A stretch of DNA of 64,000 nt from an uncultured Gammaproteobacteria bacterium (GCA_947259175.1 CAMYKW010000001.1:17897-81896), one strand, 5' to 3'. Counted from the stretch's first letter, positions 45,275-55,713 are shown. The notes: generated by a model from the sequence alone, not told the origin. A program made the numbers and translations.

Positions 45275-46712
45275 AAGAAATGGTATTCCCGTTTTTTCTG
45301 TACAAAGTTGTCGACACCAGCCCCATCGCCGAAATTATGTAGAAATACGCAGCGTTGGCCGGAATCCTGAAATTAAAATCCACAAACGCATGAATCAGGA
45401 ACGCGGTCATCGAAATCAAACAACCAAAAAGAATACTTCGATAAAGCGGGTGAGATTGCGTGTTGAACGAATAGAACAAGGTCTTGATAATCAGGAAAAA
45501 TGCCGTTCCCAAAAGCAGCGCCCCCACCAGACCATGCTCCGATAACAACTCCATATAATCTTGATGGGCATGATCATAAGTCAATTTTCGCAAGGTACCT
45601 TCCCTGTAGTTCGCAAATACCCAGCGGTAATTACCACCGCCTACGCCGAAAACCGGAAAATCCTGAATCAAGTGGCTTGTTAGTCTCCATTGCTCCAGGC
45701 GTTCGTCATTACCCAAAGTTTTAAACCTCGAGACCAGGTCCCCCACCCCCAACCATGCTGCTGATAAAACCGCAACGAGACCAAACGTAATAATAATTGT
45801 ATAGCCACGTTGTTTCCATGCCTTTTGGCGGAGCGCCGCAATCATCACTATAACAAATCCGCCAATCAATGAAATTATCCCCCCGCGGGACTGACTTAAT
45901 AACAGCGCGGAAAAAAGCACCACAAGACACATAAAGATCCACCCGGAAGGCCTCAGCAACAACTCCGTTACATTCATCATTATGTATCTCAGCTTCGTCC
46001 ACGGTCGTCGTTGGTGGAACTGGGAGAAAAACAATCCAAATCCTATGCCCATCGTCATAACAATATGCGCTGCAAAGTGATTTCGGTTCACGAATGTTCC
46101 GATAACCCAGCGATGACCATCTAGAGTTTCCTTTGGAATCAGATAAATATCTGCATACATTGCGTAAATACCGAACACAGCCTCCAACGACCCTACTGCA
46201 AAAAGCACGTAGGCAAGGGTCAGCAGTTTTCTTTTCGAATCAACCAACACGATAGTAAGAAGAAACATCGCGACGTACGCGCTGTACTTTAACAATTCCT
46301 GCAAACTGGAATTACGATCCAGACTTAAGCCATACGCCCAAAAATCTTCCGATTCGGACATTGCATCGTGATACAGGGAGTAAGTCACGGGCGAGAGGAT
46401 CTTTACGACAGATTCCGGTAACGGCAGGACTTGAAATATCTGGTAAGTCAACCACAGCACCATAAAAAACAATATGACTCTAATCGTCCCACGGTCCAAT
46501 GCAGTCTTGGACCGGGAAAAATTGTTAGCCAGAAGCCACATCAGCAAGATGGCGAAAGTCACCAGTAACATGAAATCTATTGACCACTGCATCCTGCTTC
46601 CCAGCGGGATGGGAAGCCATACAATCAGCGCGATTAGCAGCAGGTAACATATCTGCTTGGCCGATCGTGCAACGGCCTGAAAAGACTCAACGCCTAGTCC
46701 GATAACGCGCAT
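45261..46712 (-). CDS. O-antigen ligase (Wzy_C) family protein
   Basis: [25 protein letters not shown] and [14 protein letters not shown]. Confidence 0.85.
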   Translation of the reverse strand: MRVIGLGVESFQAVARSAKQICYLLLIALIVWLPIPLGSRMQWSIDFMLLVTFAILLMWLLANNFSRSKTALDRGTIRVILFFMVLWLTYQIFQVLPLPESVVKILSPVTYSLYHDAMSESEDFWAYGLSLDRNSSLQELLKYSAYVAMFLLTIVLVDSKRKLLTLAYVLFAVGSLEAVFGIYAMYADIYLIPKETLDGHRWVIGTFVNRNHFAAHIVMTMGIGFGLFFSQFHQRRPWTKLRYIMMNVTELLLRPSGWIFMCLVVLFSALLLSQSRGGIISLIGGFVIVMIAALRQKAWKQRGYTIIITFGLVAVLSAAWLGVGDLVSRFKTLGNDERLEQWRLTSHLIQDFPVFGVGGGNYRWVFANYREGTLRKLTYDHAHQDYMELLSEHGLVGALLLGTAFFLIIKTLFYSFNTQSHPLYRSILFGCLISMTAFLIHAFVDFNFRIPANAAYFYIISAMGLVSTTLYRKNGNTISYEDQ

Positions 46713-47382
46713 CGATGCTGTTAAATAGTTTCAATAACTTTTCGTTGTCTTTCAGCAAGGGCTGTAAAAAGGCGTGCCAGTTATGTGCGACTGCCGCCTC
46801 GATAACAATGCTTGAAAGCTTCGCATCGGCAAGGGCACGGCCGACCATCTTCGACACCCGCTTTCGAGTTTCGCCCGGGAGATGAGGCCAGGCTTGAATA
46901 CCAATGACGGCTACCTTGTGTTGCACTTGTAGCTCCCATGGACCCAATGCCATCGCCTTTTCCACAGCGAAGATCATTTCCTGATCGTTTTCTCCCGTTG
47001 CAATTTTCACCGCGGCCAAAGTGGCCCAGGCCAAGCCCCAGGACGGACGTCTACGGCAGGCGGTACGCAGGTATTCGATAGCCCGCTGGTGAGACTTCCG
47101 GGCGAATTTCGGAGTCAGCCTCTGGTCGTATGCCCGCCATTGATGCATTCGCGCCGTCTGCATCAGCAGATCCACGTCCAGCGGATTAGATGACAACGCC
47201 CCGTCGAGCCGTTCCACAGAAGACGTCCAGTTATTGATGTTCTCGATCCAGCCTCGCGCATCCAATTCCGCCAAATAACGCCCCGAGGCACTCGACACGC
47301 GGTAGCCCGCCTGCGTGATGAAACACCAGGACAACAGGACAGTGGTAGCGGCGATCAGTACAAAACTGACGGGTCGGGACAA
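46687..47382 (-). CDS. VpsP-like TPR/helical polysaccharide biosynthesis protein
   Basis: N-terminal hydrophobic anchor and a helical body with RPSWGLAW...AMALGPWE, as recalled for VpsP-type proteins. Lies directly after wzc. Confidence 0.6.
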   Translation of the reverse strand: MSRPVSFVLIAATTVLLSWCFITQAGYRVSSASGRYLAELDARGWIENINNWTSSVERLDGALSSNPLDVDLLMQTARMHQWRAYDQRLTPKFARKSHQRAIEYLRTACRRRPSWGLAWATLAAVKIATGENDQEMIFAVEKAMALGPWELQVQHKVAVIGIQAWPHLPGETRKRVSKMVGRALADAKLSSIVIEAAVAHNWHAFLQPLLKDNEKLLKLFNSIDARYRTRR

Positions 47383-47677
47383 CTTTGTTTTCGGTGAATA
47401 AATAAAAGTACGCGAGATGTCAAATTACCCATACGACTCTCGTTACACCCATCGCTCTACTTTAGGAGTAGATGGACAACCACGACACGTCGGATCAGTG
47501 ATGTGACTGATATGCAGTTTACTTTTGAAATGTTAGCGGGACAACGCGTCATCGCTTCCACGTGGTAAGCGAGATAACGGGACGTTGATAGCAAGTGACA
47601 GCGCGTATCGTTGCCACAACGGTGTTGTCAAGCCACCGCGTCAACCATCGTCCCGACCTTCGATCGTCTTGTGCGCG

Positions 47678-49777
47678 CTACGAGGCCCTTTTTACCGGCG
47701 CATTCTGTTGCTCAGCACCCCCATAATAATAGCCGTACTTTCCGCTATAGTAATATGGCGCCTTCTTGAAACTCACCTGGCTCAGGACGAATCCCAGCGG
47801 CACAATATTGGCCGATTCCAAACGCCTGAGCGCGTCACGCACCATCTGTTGCGTCGTATGCTCGGATTGGATCACCATGACTACCTCATCAACGATGTGG
47901 CCCAAGACAACTGCGTCGCTTACCGGCAATATCGGTGCGGTGTCGATAACGATGTGCGCAAAGCTTTTCTTGAGTTCAAGGATAGCCTTTTCCATTCTTT
48001 GGGATGAGAGCAACTCCAATGGATTTGGAGGAATGACTCCACACGCCAGGATAGACAACTCCGGACAATCCGAGTCTTGTTTTACACATTCCCTGAGGGG
48101 CTTGGTCCCGGCGACGAAATCGATTAATCCGACATCGGTGTCGATTGTGGCGATCTGTCCGAGCCTGGGTTTTCTTAGATCGGCATCTATGAGCAATGTG
48201 TTGCCAAGTTGCGCCAACGACAACGCAAGGTTCGTCGCCAACGTCGTCTTTCCTTCCGCCTGAACCGATGACGTGATCAGTACAACTTGAGGGGGATCGT
48301 CGATATTCGAGTACATGATCCCGGTACGTATATGGTTTACGGATTCAGAGAAGGATGATTTCTTTTCGTTGAGGAAGAAGCGTTCCGGGCCACCCAAATA
48401 CTTGCTTTTCGACGACTTGGTCGCTTGCGTGATGTTTTTCAACTCCCTGGAGCTCACCAACGGGACAACCCCGAGCACCGGTAGATTGAAGCGTTGTTCT
48501 ATCTTCTCCGTATTACTGAATGTGTTATCCAGATGATCCCGAAGAAAAGCAAGCAGCACACCGATACCCAAACCAATCAAACCCCAAATAGTCAGAATCT
48601 GCGCTTTGTCCGGCTTGAAGGGTGCCTTGGGCGGTAACGCCACGTCGACTACCCGTGCGCTACTCAATTGATTGTCTACCGACAAATCGGTCTCGCGGAA
48701 TTTATTCAGGAATACGTCATACAGCTCTCTATTGGCGTTCACTGCTCGCTCGAGTTCCGCCAACTCGAACTCCTTGGTGCGGGTATCTACGACGCGCCTT
48801 GAAGTTTCCGCCAAGCGGCGCTTCGTCGTATCCAATTCCCCACGCGCGGCAAGCATTCTAGGATGTTTAGGGCCATACCTTTTCGCCAGTTCCGAATACT
48901 TGGTGTTTGCAGTAATCAACTCTTGATTCAGCGTGTTCAACTCAACACTAGTAAGTTGCTCGATGCTCTTCAGGTCTATCATCCCTTCCCGCGATTGAAA
49001 CTCCTGTAAATTACGTTCCGATATCGTCAATTTCTGTCGCAAGTCGTTCAGCCTCTCAGTCAGCCAGTTGCTGGCGCGTTTGGCCCGATTGAGGCGCGAT
49101 TCCAGTTCCAGTTCAATATACGAATCCGCCAGTGTATTAGCGACTTCAGATGCAAAATTCGGATCTACGGAATCGAACGACACATACACCAATTGGCTTT
49201 GTTCTCCACCCCGAACACTTACGCCTCCCTGGATCATTGCGGCCATAGCCTCACGTTTGGCTTTCTCTTGATGAGCGCTCAAGGATGGCTTCTGGTTTGT
49301 ATTCTCTGTTTTCCCACCGCTGCCGAAGTCAACAAGCTTTTTTATTTCATCGATAATAGAAAATGTAACCCGTGATTTCGGTGCCCCGCGGTTTATAAGA
49401 TCCATCTTATTCGCCACACGCTCCGCCACCGCGCGGCTACGCAGAAGATCGTATTGCGTCTCGTAAAAACGCCACGCAGTTGCGTAGACGACTGCGCCTT
49501 GGTTCGCAGACGCCAAAGATGAAAAGTCCGGCTCTACTACCATAGTGACGGTGCCCCGGTAAACAGGGACCCCGGACATTACCTTGAGACCGCCAATGAT
49601 GGCGCCCATCAGAGCCATGGCAAGAATGCTCCATTTATAGCGCTTGATAACGCCCAGATAATCGCTGAAGTTTATTCCTGGATCATCGGCTTGAGAGAAA
49701 ATAACCGGTAATGACGACGCTCGCGCACCATCACCTGTTTTCACCGTCTGAAGTCTTAAGTTCGATCCCGAATCCAT
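47678..49777 (-). CDS. wzc: Wzc/GumC-type polysaccharide co-polymerase with BY-kinase domain
   Basis: Two TM helices around a coiled-coil periplasmic domain; Walker A' SVQAEGKTT, IDADLRKP, DTAP and Tyr-rich tail PYYYSGKYGYYYGG. Confidence 0.92.
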   Translation of the reverse strand: MDSGSNLRLQTVKTGDGARASSLPVIFSQADDPGINFSDYLGVIKRYKWSILAMALMGAIIGGLKVMSGVPVYRGTVTMVVEPDFSSLASANQGAVVYATAWRFYETQYDLLRSRAVAERVANKMDLINRGAPKSRVTFSIIDEIKKLVDFGSGGKTENTNQKPSLSAHQEKAKREAMAAMIQGGVSVRGGEQSQLVYVSFDSVDPNFASEVANTLADSYIELELESRLNRAKRASNWLTERLNDLRQKLTISERNLQEFQSREGMIDLKSIEQLTSVELNTLNQELITANTKYSELAKRYGPKHPRMLAARGELDTTKRRLAETSRRVVDTRTKEFELAELERAVNANRELYDVFLNKFRETDLSVDNQLSSARVVDVALPPKAPFKPDKAQILTIWGLIGLGIGVLLAFLRDHLDNTFSNTEKIEQRFNLPVLGVVPLVSSRELKNITQATKSSKSKYLGGPERFFLNEKKSSFSESVNHIRTGIMYSNIDDPPQVVLITSSVQAEGKTTLATNLALSLAQLGNTLLIDADLRKPRLGQIATIDTDVGLIDFVAGTKPLRECVKQDSDCPELSILACGVIPPNPLELLSSQRMEKAILELKKSFAHIVIDTAPILPVSDAVVLGHIVDEVVMVIQSEHTTQQMVRDALRRLESANIVPLGFVLSQVSFKKAPYYYSGKYGYYYGGAEQQNAPVKRAS

Positions 49778-50784
49778 TAAAACAAACTCGCACCCACTGT
49801 GATTACATCACCAGGCTCAACCGAAACATCGAGCCCAACTCGTTTCATCCGTACGAACTCCCCGCTTTCGTTCTCGCGGGAGATCTGTATCTTTCGTTTT
49901 GACGCACGATCGCTGAATCCACCCGCCAAAGCCAGCGCTTTTTCGACCGTCAACTCTTCCCTATACTCGTAGCTTCCCGGATTCTTAACCTCACCATGCA
50001 AGTATATGAATTGTTTGGGGTCGTCCTCGATCACCTCGGGTATGGTGACAACGTCGCCCGGCAGGATCCAATATTCCAGACCCACTGACTGTGGTTGACC
50101 ATTGTCACGGAGCACGGTGATGCCTTCCACCTGGCCCGACTTGGACAAACCGCCGGCCAAAGCAAGTGCTTTTTCCACGGTAAGCCCTTCGGCGTAGCCA
50201 TGGGCGCCAGGCGAATTGACACCACCCTTCACGAATACAGGTCGATACTCGACGATAGACACCGAAACTTTCGGCTTTATTAAAAAACCGTTACTTAGAA
50301 GCGTCGTAAGGCGCTTTTCCAATGAACGCACGGTGTGTTGGTTGATGCGTATCTGCCCCAATAAGGGATAGGACACCAAGCCGTCTGTCGGCACTCTGAT
50401 ACTGTTCAAACTCAGGTCAGGCTCGCCAAACACGCGCACGGAAATGACGTCGCCCGGTGAGATTAAGTATTCGTGCAGAGCCCGCCGCGCACTGGGTGCG
50501 GCTTTTGCCGACATGCTGGCGATAGCGCCATACACCGGCGGCGCAGCGTTTGCCCGCGGAGCGGGCCGACCTTTCATCAACGGTCTCGTCGCAGTTTTGC
50601 GGGAAGCGACGCCGGCGGCAGCCGGTGCAACGGGTTTGGAATCGACCGGGTTGGTACCGGATTGCACATTTCTGCCAACCCGATATTCCAGATCCAGGCG
50701 GACACTCAAATTGTCGGCTTGCAGCATGCTGGCGACCGGAAGACTGGCCGCCAGACCCAAGAATAACACTAGCCACTTACCCAT
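49777..50784 (-). CDS. OPX/Wza-family export protein (Poly_export + two SLBB), no lipobox and no C-terminal OM helix
   Basis: YLISPGDVISVRVFGEPDLS, YPLLG, two GxVxxPG...ALALAGG SLBB repeats; ends PGDVITVGASLF. The ORF extends to 50826. Confidence 0.87.
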   Translation of the reverse strand: MGKWLVLFLGLAASLPVASMLQADNLSVRLDLEYRVGRNVQSGTNPVDSKPVAPAAAGVASRKTATRPLMKGRPAPRANAAPPVYGAIASMSAKAAPSARRALHEYLISPGDVISVRVFGEPDLSLNSIRVPTDGLVSYPLLGQIRINQHTVRSLEKRLTTLLSNGFLIKPKVSVSIVEYRPVFVKGGVNSPGAHGYAEGLTVEKALALAGGLSKSGQVEGITVLRDNGQPQSVGLEYWILPGDVVTIPEVIEDDPKQFIYLHGEVKNPGSYEYREELTVEKALALAGGFSDRASKRKIQISRENESGEFVRMKRVGLDVSVEPGDVITVGASLF

Positions 50785-50838
50785 AAGACTTGGGGCGAGA
50801 GATACGCAAAACTGATCCTGGCCCAACCGGCACGCGTG

Positions 50839-52185
50839 TTAACGTGCTCGACTGCCCATTCTAAAATCACCTCTCAAGAAGATGGATGCGACCTCGTCTT
50901 TATATTCCACTTCCGGCACATTGGAATCCCGCTTCACTTCGCCGTACTGGGCAGCAACATTCAGCCAATCGTTTATTTTGTAGCTCACGCCAACACCATA
51001 ATCATTGATTTTGTCGAGTCGATCGTCCGTATAATCGTCTTCGATATGATTATAAAACGCGAAAAAACGCCACCTTGATGTCAAGTCGTGTATCCAGTTC
51101 ACACCGATCAAATCGCTGACAAAATAGGCCGACCCGGAGGGATCGAACTCCTGCTGTGCGGCTTCTTCAGTTGTGCGGGATGCATAAAGATCAAATCGAC
51201 TGTAGGGCCTGGGCGCCCAGAGAATCTTGCCCAAATAGGTCGAACCGTCATAGTCCGGCAAATTCGGGTCATCCATGTCTTTGTCCAGTTGACCAACCTT
51301 CGCGAGCACATCGATGAGATTGGTGGCGCGCCACCGAACGCCGACAAAATACGCCTCTTCCTTACTATCGCGATTTTCGATTTGCTGCGGATATTCTATG
51401 TCCGTGTGCCTGGCCTCCAGAAACAGGCTGGTCTTTGGAGCCACGTTGTAAAACAACGCTCCGCGAACACTTGCATAATCTCGATCGCGAAATTCTTGGT
51501 CATTGTTTTGATATTCCCATTCAGACTTGCTGGCGCCTACCACGACACGGAACGTTTGCGACGGGCGCCCGAAGATGAGGTTACCACCGTAGGTCAGGGT
51601 TTCGACTTTGTCGGGTTCCAAGTCCTCGAAAGTCCTGGAACCGGAACCGCCGCGTTCTTCGGATGAGTCGTTAAATTGCCCGAACAGGCCGATCTCCAAC
51701 GCTGGAGTCAGGTCGAACCGCAGCGCGCCGGTGAGGCTTTGATTGGTGACATCCTCATTGTCAAGGTCACGATGCCGCAGGATATTCGCCGCATATCCAA
51801 TCCTGCCTCGGTGGCGACCGCGTATGTCATTCTCGTAGGCCAGCTCCGGCTGAATCACAAAAGCGGTATCACTTATTTCACTGTTGGCAGTACGCCTGAC
51901 GTTGCTGTGGCGCCGCGCTCCAACGCCCAGTGCGGCGTAAAAACCAAACAAGTCCGGCTGCCACCCCTCGGGGGGCGGTCCGATAATGCGTGCCGTTTGT
52001 GCGGCAGGCGATACCCCAAACACTGGTTGCTGATTCGCGAGGTTTTCCGTATCCACCGAGTTGTCTTGCGCCGCACCCGGCAGCGCCAGCAGCGTGGCCG
52101 ATATCCCTGCCACCAACCGCGTAACGAAAAGACACTTTCTGTTACGCGCGTGGTGCGGGTCCGGTTGTCGTCGTTGACTGATCAT
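50839..52185 (-). CDS. Outer-membrane beta-barrel protein (VpsM/EpsX-like, BBP2 family)
   Basis: Signal peptide and many alternating aromatic/polar strands (ALFYNVAPKTSLFLE, YFVGVRW, YGVGVSYKIN). Immediately upstream of the OPX gene. Confidence 0.78.
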   Translation of the reverse strand: MISQRRQPDPHHARNRKCLFVTRLVAGISATLLALPGAAQDNSVDTENLANQQPVFGVSPAAQTARIIGPPPEGWQPDLFGFYAALGVGARRHSNVRRTANSEISDTAFVIQPELAYENDIRGRHRGRIGYAANILRHRDLDNEDVTNQSLTGALRFDLTPALEIGLFGQFNDSSEERGGSGSRTFEDLEPDKVETLTYGGNLIFGRPSQTFRVVVGASKSEWEYQNNDQEFRDRDYASVRGALFYNVAPKTSLFLEARHTDIEYPQQIENRDSKEEAYFVGVRWRATNLIDVLAKVGQLDKDMDDPNLPDYDGSTYLGKILWAPRPYSRFDLYASRTTEEAAQQEFDPSGSAYFVSDLIGVNWIHDLTSRWRFFAFYNHIEDDYTDDRLDKINDYGVGVSYKINDWLNVAAQYGEVKRDSNVPEVEYKDEVASIFLRGDFRMGSRAR

Positions 52186-52198
52186 GCCCTGCCCTCCC

Positions 52199-53494
52199 CT
52201 AGGGCCTCACCGGCGATGGCGGCGGCGGAGGCGTCGTAGTTGGCGGCGGCGTTGTCGGCGGTGGTGTCGGTGTCGGCAACGGCGAACCCCCCCCGCCGCC
52301 TCCGGAGGTGCGATAGGGTTGCCCAGGAACCGGCGGCGGTTGACAGATCGACGGGCTTGCGCCCCCCGCGACCGCAGCGGCGCAGATCAAAACGGTGTTA
52401 CGAATCAGGTGGCCACAAGGCGGCCGCCCGAGGTCATGGTAAAGATACACCACCGGTATTTCAGTGATGCCCAATTCGGCTGCGGCGACCAAGCGGTCTG
52501 CTTCGTTGGCCCAAACCTGTCCGTCCCCGGAATTGAACAACGACAGCAGCAACGGCTCTTGAAAACCATTGTCCCTGATGTCCTGTGTAATGCGTTCCCA
52601 GCGACCGGGATCAATTTCGTTCTTGCTCCTGGCATTGATTAAACCCAGCAGTTCTTGCACCGACCCAAACATGTGGAAATCCCCCACATCCTGCCACTCG
52701 GGAACAGCGGTGAGTTTGAGCCCACGCTCGAAGAAATCATTGACGATTTCCGTAGCGGTAACGTCGGCGGGATAGCGGCTGATCGGCCGCGTGCGTATGT
52801 CGTTGTATACGAAAACCACCGGCAACTCGAGGATTCCCTGTTGCTGCGCTTTACGAATACGCTCAACACCACTGTCGATCACGATTTCATTCTGATCCCG
52901 GTAAAATGAGATAAATATTGGACGATTTGACGCATCTCTCGGTGAGCCGGGTTGCAGGGTTCCCTTCTGGTACCAGAACTCGTCGCTGATCAGCCCGGCG
53001 AGTTCCGCGGTCGTCGCCATGATGTGAAATTCGCCTTGATTCCATTTCGGAAACGGACTGATGCGCTGATCTTCGTCGAAAAAGCGGCGCGCCACTTCTG
53101 CAACCGTGGATAGTGCGCCGAGATCACCGGCGAGATAGGTGATGTAATAGCGATCGGCGCTGTCAACGTCCTGTATTGTCCATCCCGGCAGCAGCGGTAA
53201 CAATGACACCGCCGTGTCATAAAACTCCTGCGCACGGCTGGGATCCGCCTTTACCGCCAGATACACGACGTCGTTAATCGACGTGCCCAATGAAACGATG
53301 TGCAGCATCACCGAAACCGTAGGATATCCCTGGTTGAGCAATGACTTGATTTCCTCAAAGGTCCTCCTGTCAATGTCCAAACGGACCGGGTCGGTATCCG
53401 ATTGAATGTGCACGTCGGTGCTGATTTCAGCCTGAACCGCAAATGGAATTACAGCAATCGATAGCAGAATTCCCAAGATTGTTCTTTTGTTCAT
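52199..53494 (-). CDS. Secreted protein with tandem ParB/sulfiredoxin-like repeats and Gly/Pro/Thr tail; first gene of the polysaccharide locus
   Basis: Signal peptide ending AVQA, GAGG RBS, internal duplication aa 130-232 / 246-354 and tail GGGGGGSPLPTPTPPPTTPPPTTTPPPPPSPVRP. The CDS call is firm; the fold is inference. Confidence 0.7.
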   Translation of the reverse strand: MNKRTILGILLSIAVIPFAVQAEISTDVHIQSDTDPVRLDIDRRTFEEIKSLLNQGYPTVSVMLHIVSLGTSINDVVYLAVKADPSRAQEFYDTAVSLLPLLPGWTIQDVDSADRYYITYLAGDLGALSTVAEVARRFFDEDQRISPFPKWNQGEFHIMATTAELAGLISDEFWYQKGTLQPGSPRDASNRPIFISFYRDQNEIVIDSGVERIRKAQQQGILELPVVFVYNDIRTRPISRYPADVTATEIVNDFFERGLKLTAVPEWQDVGDFHMFGSVQELLGLINARSKNEIDPGRWERITQDIRDNGFQEPLLLSLFNSGDGQVWANEADRLVAAAELGITEIPVVYLYHDLGRPPCGHLIRNTVLICAAAVAGGASPSICQPPPVPGQPYRTSGGGGGGSPLPTPTPPPTTPPPTTTPPPPPSPVRP

Positions 53495-53604
53495 GGTAGA
53501 CCTCGAAAAGCTGTTCGTACCGTTAGTTGGACATCATCGGTAATCTGTTATTATTCCAGATCATTTCGACGTTTTCTTGAGTGCCGTTTACCGTCCCCAC
53601 CGCC

Positions 53605-53634
53605 ATTGTACCGCCAACTCTCCCCGCTATACAA
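53605..53634 (-). promoter_or_regulatory. Candidate sigma70 promoter of the polysaccharide locus
   Basis: The minus strand reads TTGTAT-N18-TACAAT, about 110 nt upstream of the 53494 start. Confidence 0.45.
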
Positions 53635-53736
53635 AGAACTGTCGCGGCGCTTGTGGCCGGTCCGGCAGACGCCCCGAAACACGCCCATGGCCGGCCGATG
53701 CCGGAGTCATAAGTCTTTGTATTTTTGTCTATATTT

Positions 53737-55026
<1,290 letters not shown>

Positions 55027-55335
55027 TCAAATATTGACATTTGCCTGCCAATGAACCACGTGACCAGGTTCAAATTCATTCTCCAGATGAGCCAAGATCA
55101 TCTCGATCTTACTTGCATCGTCAAAGAACTCCACCACCAGCGGCAGATCACTGGTTAATTCCAAAAGGTGAGAAGAATGCATCCTGCCCGATTTGCCGAA
55201 GCCCGACACACCGCGAAATACCGTGACTCCTCTGACTTTTTCAACATCATGAAGCCGCCTCAATAACGGATCGATCTGTCGTTCGCCCTCGGTGAGATAG
55301 ACGCGAACGAAAATGACGCGTTCGGTTTTCATCAA
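55027..55335 (-). CDS. DUF190 (PII-like) protein, CrcB-associated
   Basis: RGVTVFRGVSGFG and DLPLVVEFFD; directly after crcB. Confidence 0.85.
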   Translation of the reverse strand: MMKTERVIFVRVYLTEGERQIDPLLRRLHDVEKVRGVTVFRGVSGFGKSGRMHSSHLLELTSDLPLVVEFFDDASKIEMILAHLENEFEPGHVVHWQANVNI

Positions 55336-55338
55336 CGC

Positions 55339-55713
55339 TTATACATGCCGGGCAAGACTAACGCCGATCCAGGTTCCCGCGAGGCATAGTGACACACTGA
55401 ATATCACGTTGGCCGCGGCGCGCCAGTAATAGCCGGACGCTACCAGGCTATACGTCTCCAACGTAAAACTGGAAAATGTCGTGAAGCTTCCTATAAGACC
55501 AACTAATACCGCCAAACGCCACGCCTCGCTCGCCGCGGACCTATCCAAAAACCATACGAACAGATAGCCGATCAAAAATGATCCGGCCAAGTTGACGACC
55601 AGCGTCCCATAGGGAAACCCCCTGCCAAACAGCTGATGAACGCCGGACGCGACCATATAGCGCAAAACCGCCCCGACAGCGCCGGCCGCCGCTATCGCGA
55701 GCAAATTACTCAT
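55339..55713 (-). CDS. crcB: Fluoride efflux channel CrcB/FluC
   Basis: GAVGAVLRY, FPYGTLVVN and GSFTTFSSF. Confidence 0.93.
   Translation of the reverse strand: MSNLLAIAAAGAVGAVLRYMVASGVHQLFGRGFPYGTLVVNLAGSFLIGYLFVWFLDRSAASEAWRLAVLVGLIGSFTTFSSFTLETYSLVASGYYWRAAANVIFSVSLCLAGTWIGVSLARHV

Noticed and set aside
52199..52342. PEP-CTERM/exosortase sorting signal, or a DNA tandem repeat or CRISPR, in the GGC/GGT-rich stretch
   Set aside because: There is no PEP motif, TM helix or basic cluster of the PEP-CTERM type. The repetitiveness simply reflects Pro/Thr/Gly codons.
52199..53494. Chromosome- or plasmid-partitioning ParB
   Set aside because: The protein has a signal peptide, no HTH, a degenerate GxxR motif and no parA neighbour.
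53604..53615. ops-like element GGCGGTACAATG (minus strand) upstream of the glycan locus
   Set aside because: It differs from the RfaH ops consensus GGCGGTAGnnTG at the conserved G8 and lacks a JUMPstart context. TACAAT is better explained as a sigma70 -10 box.
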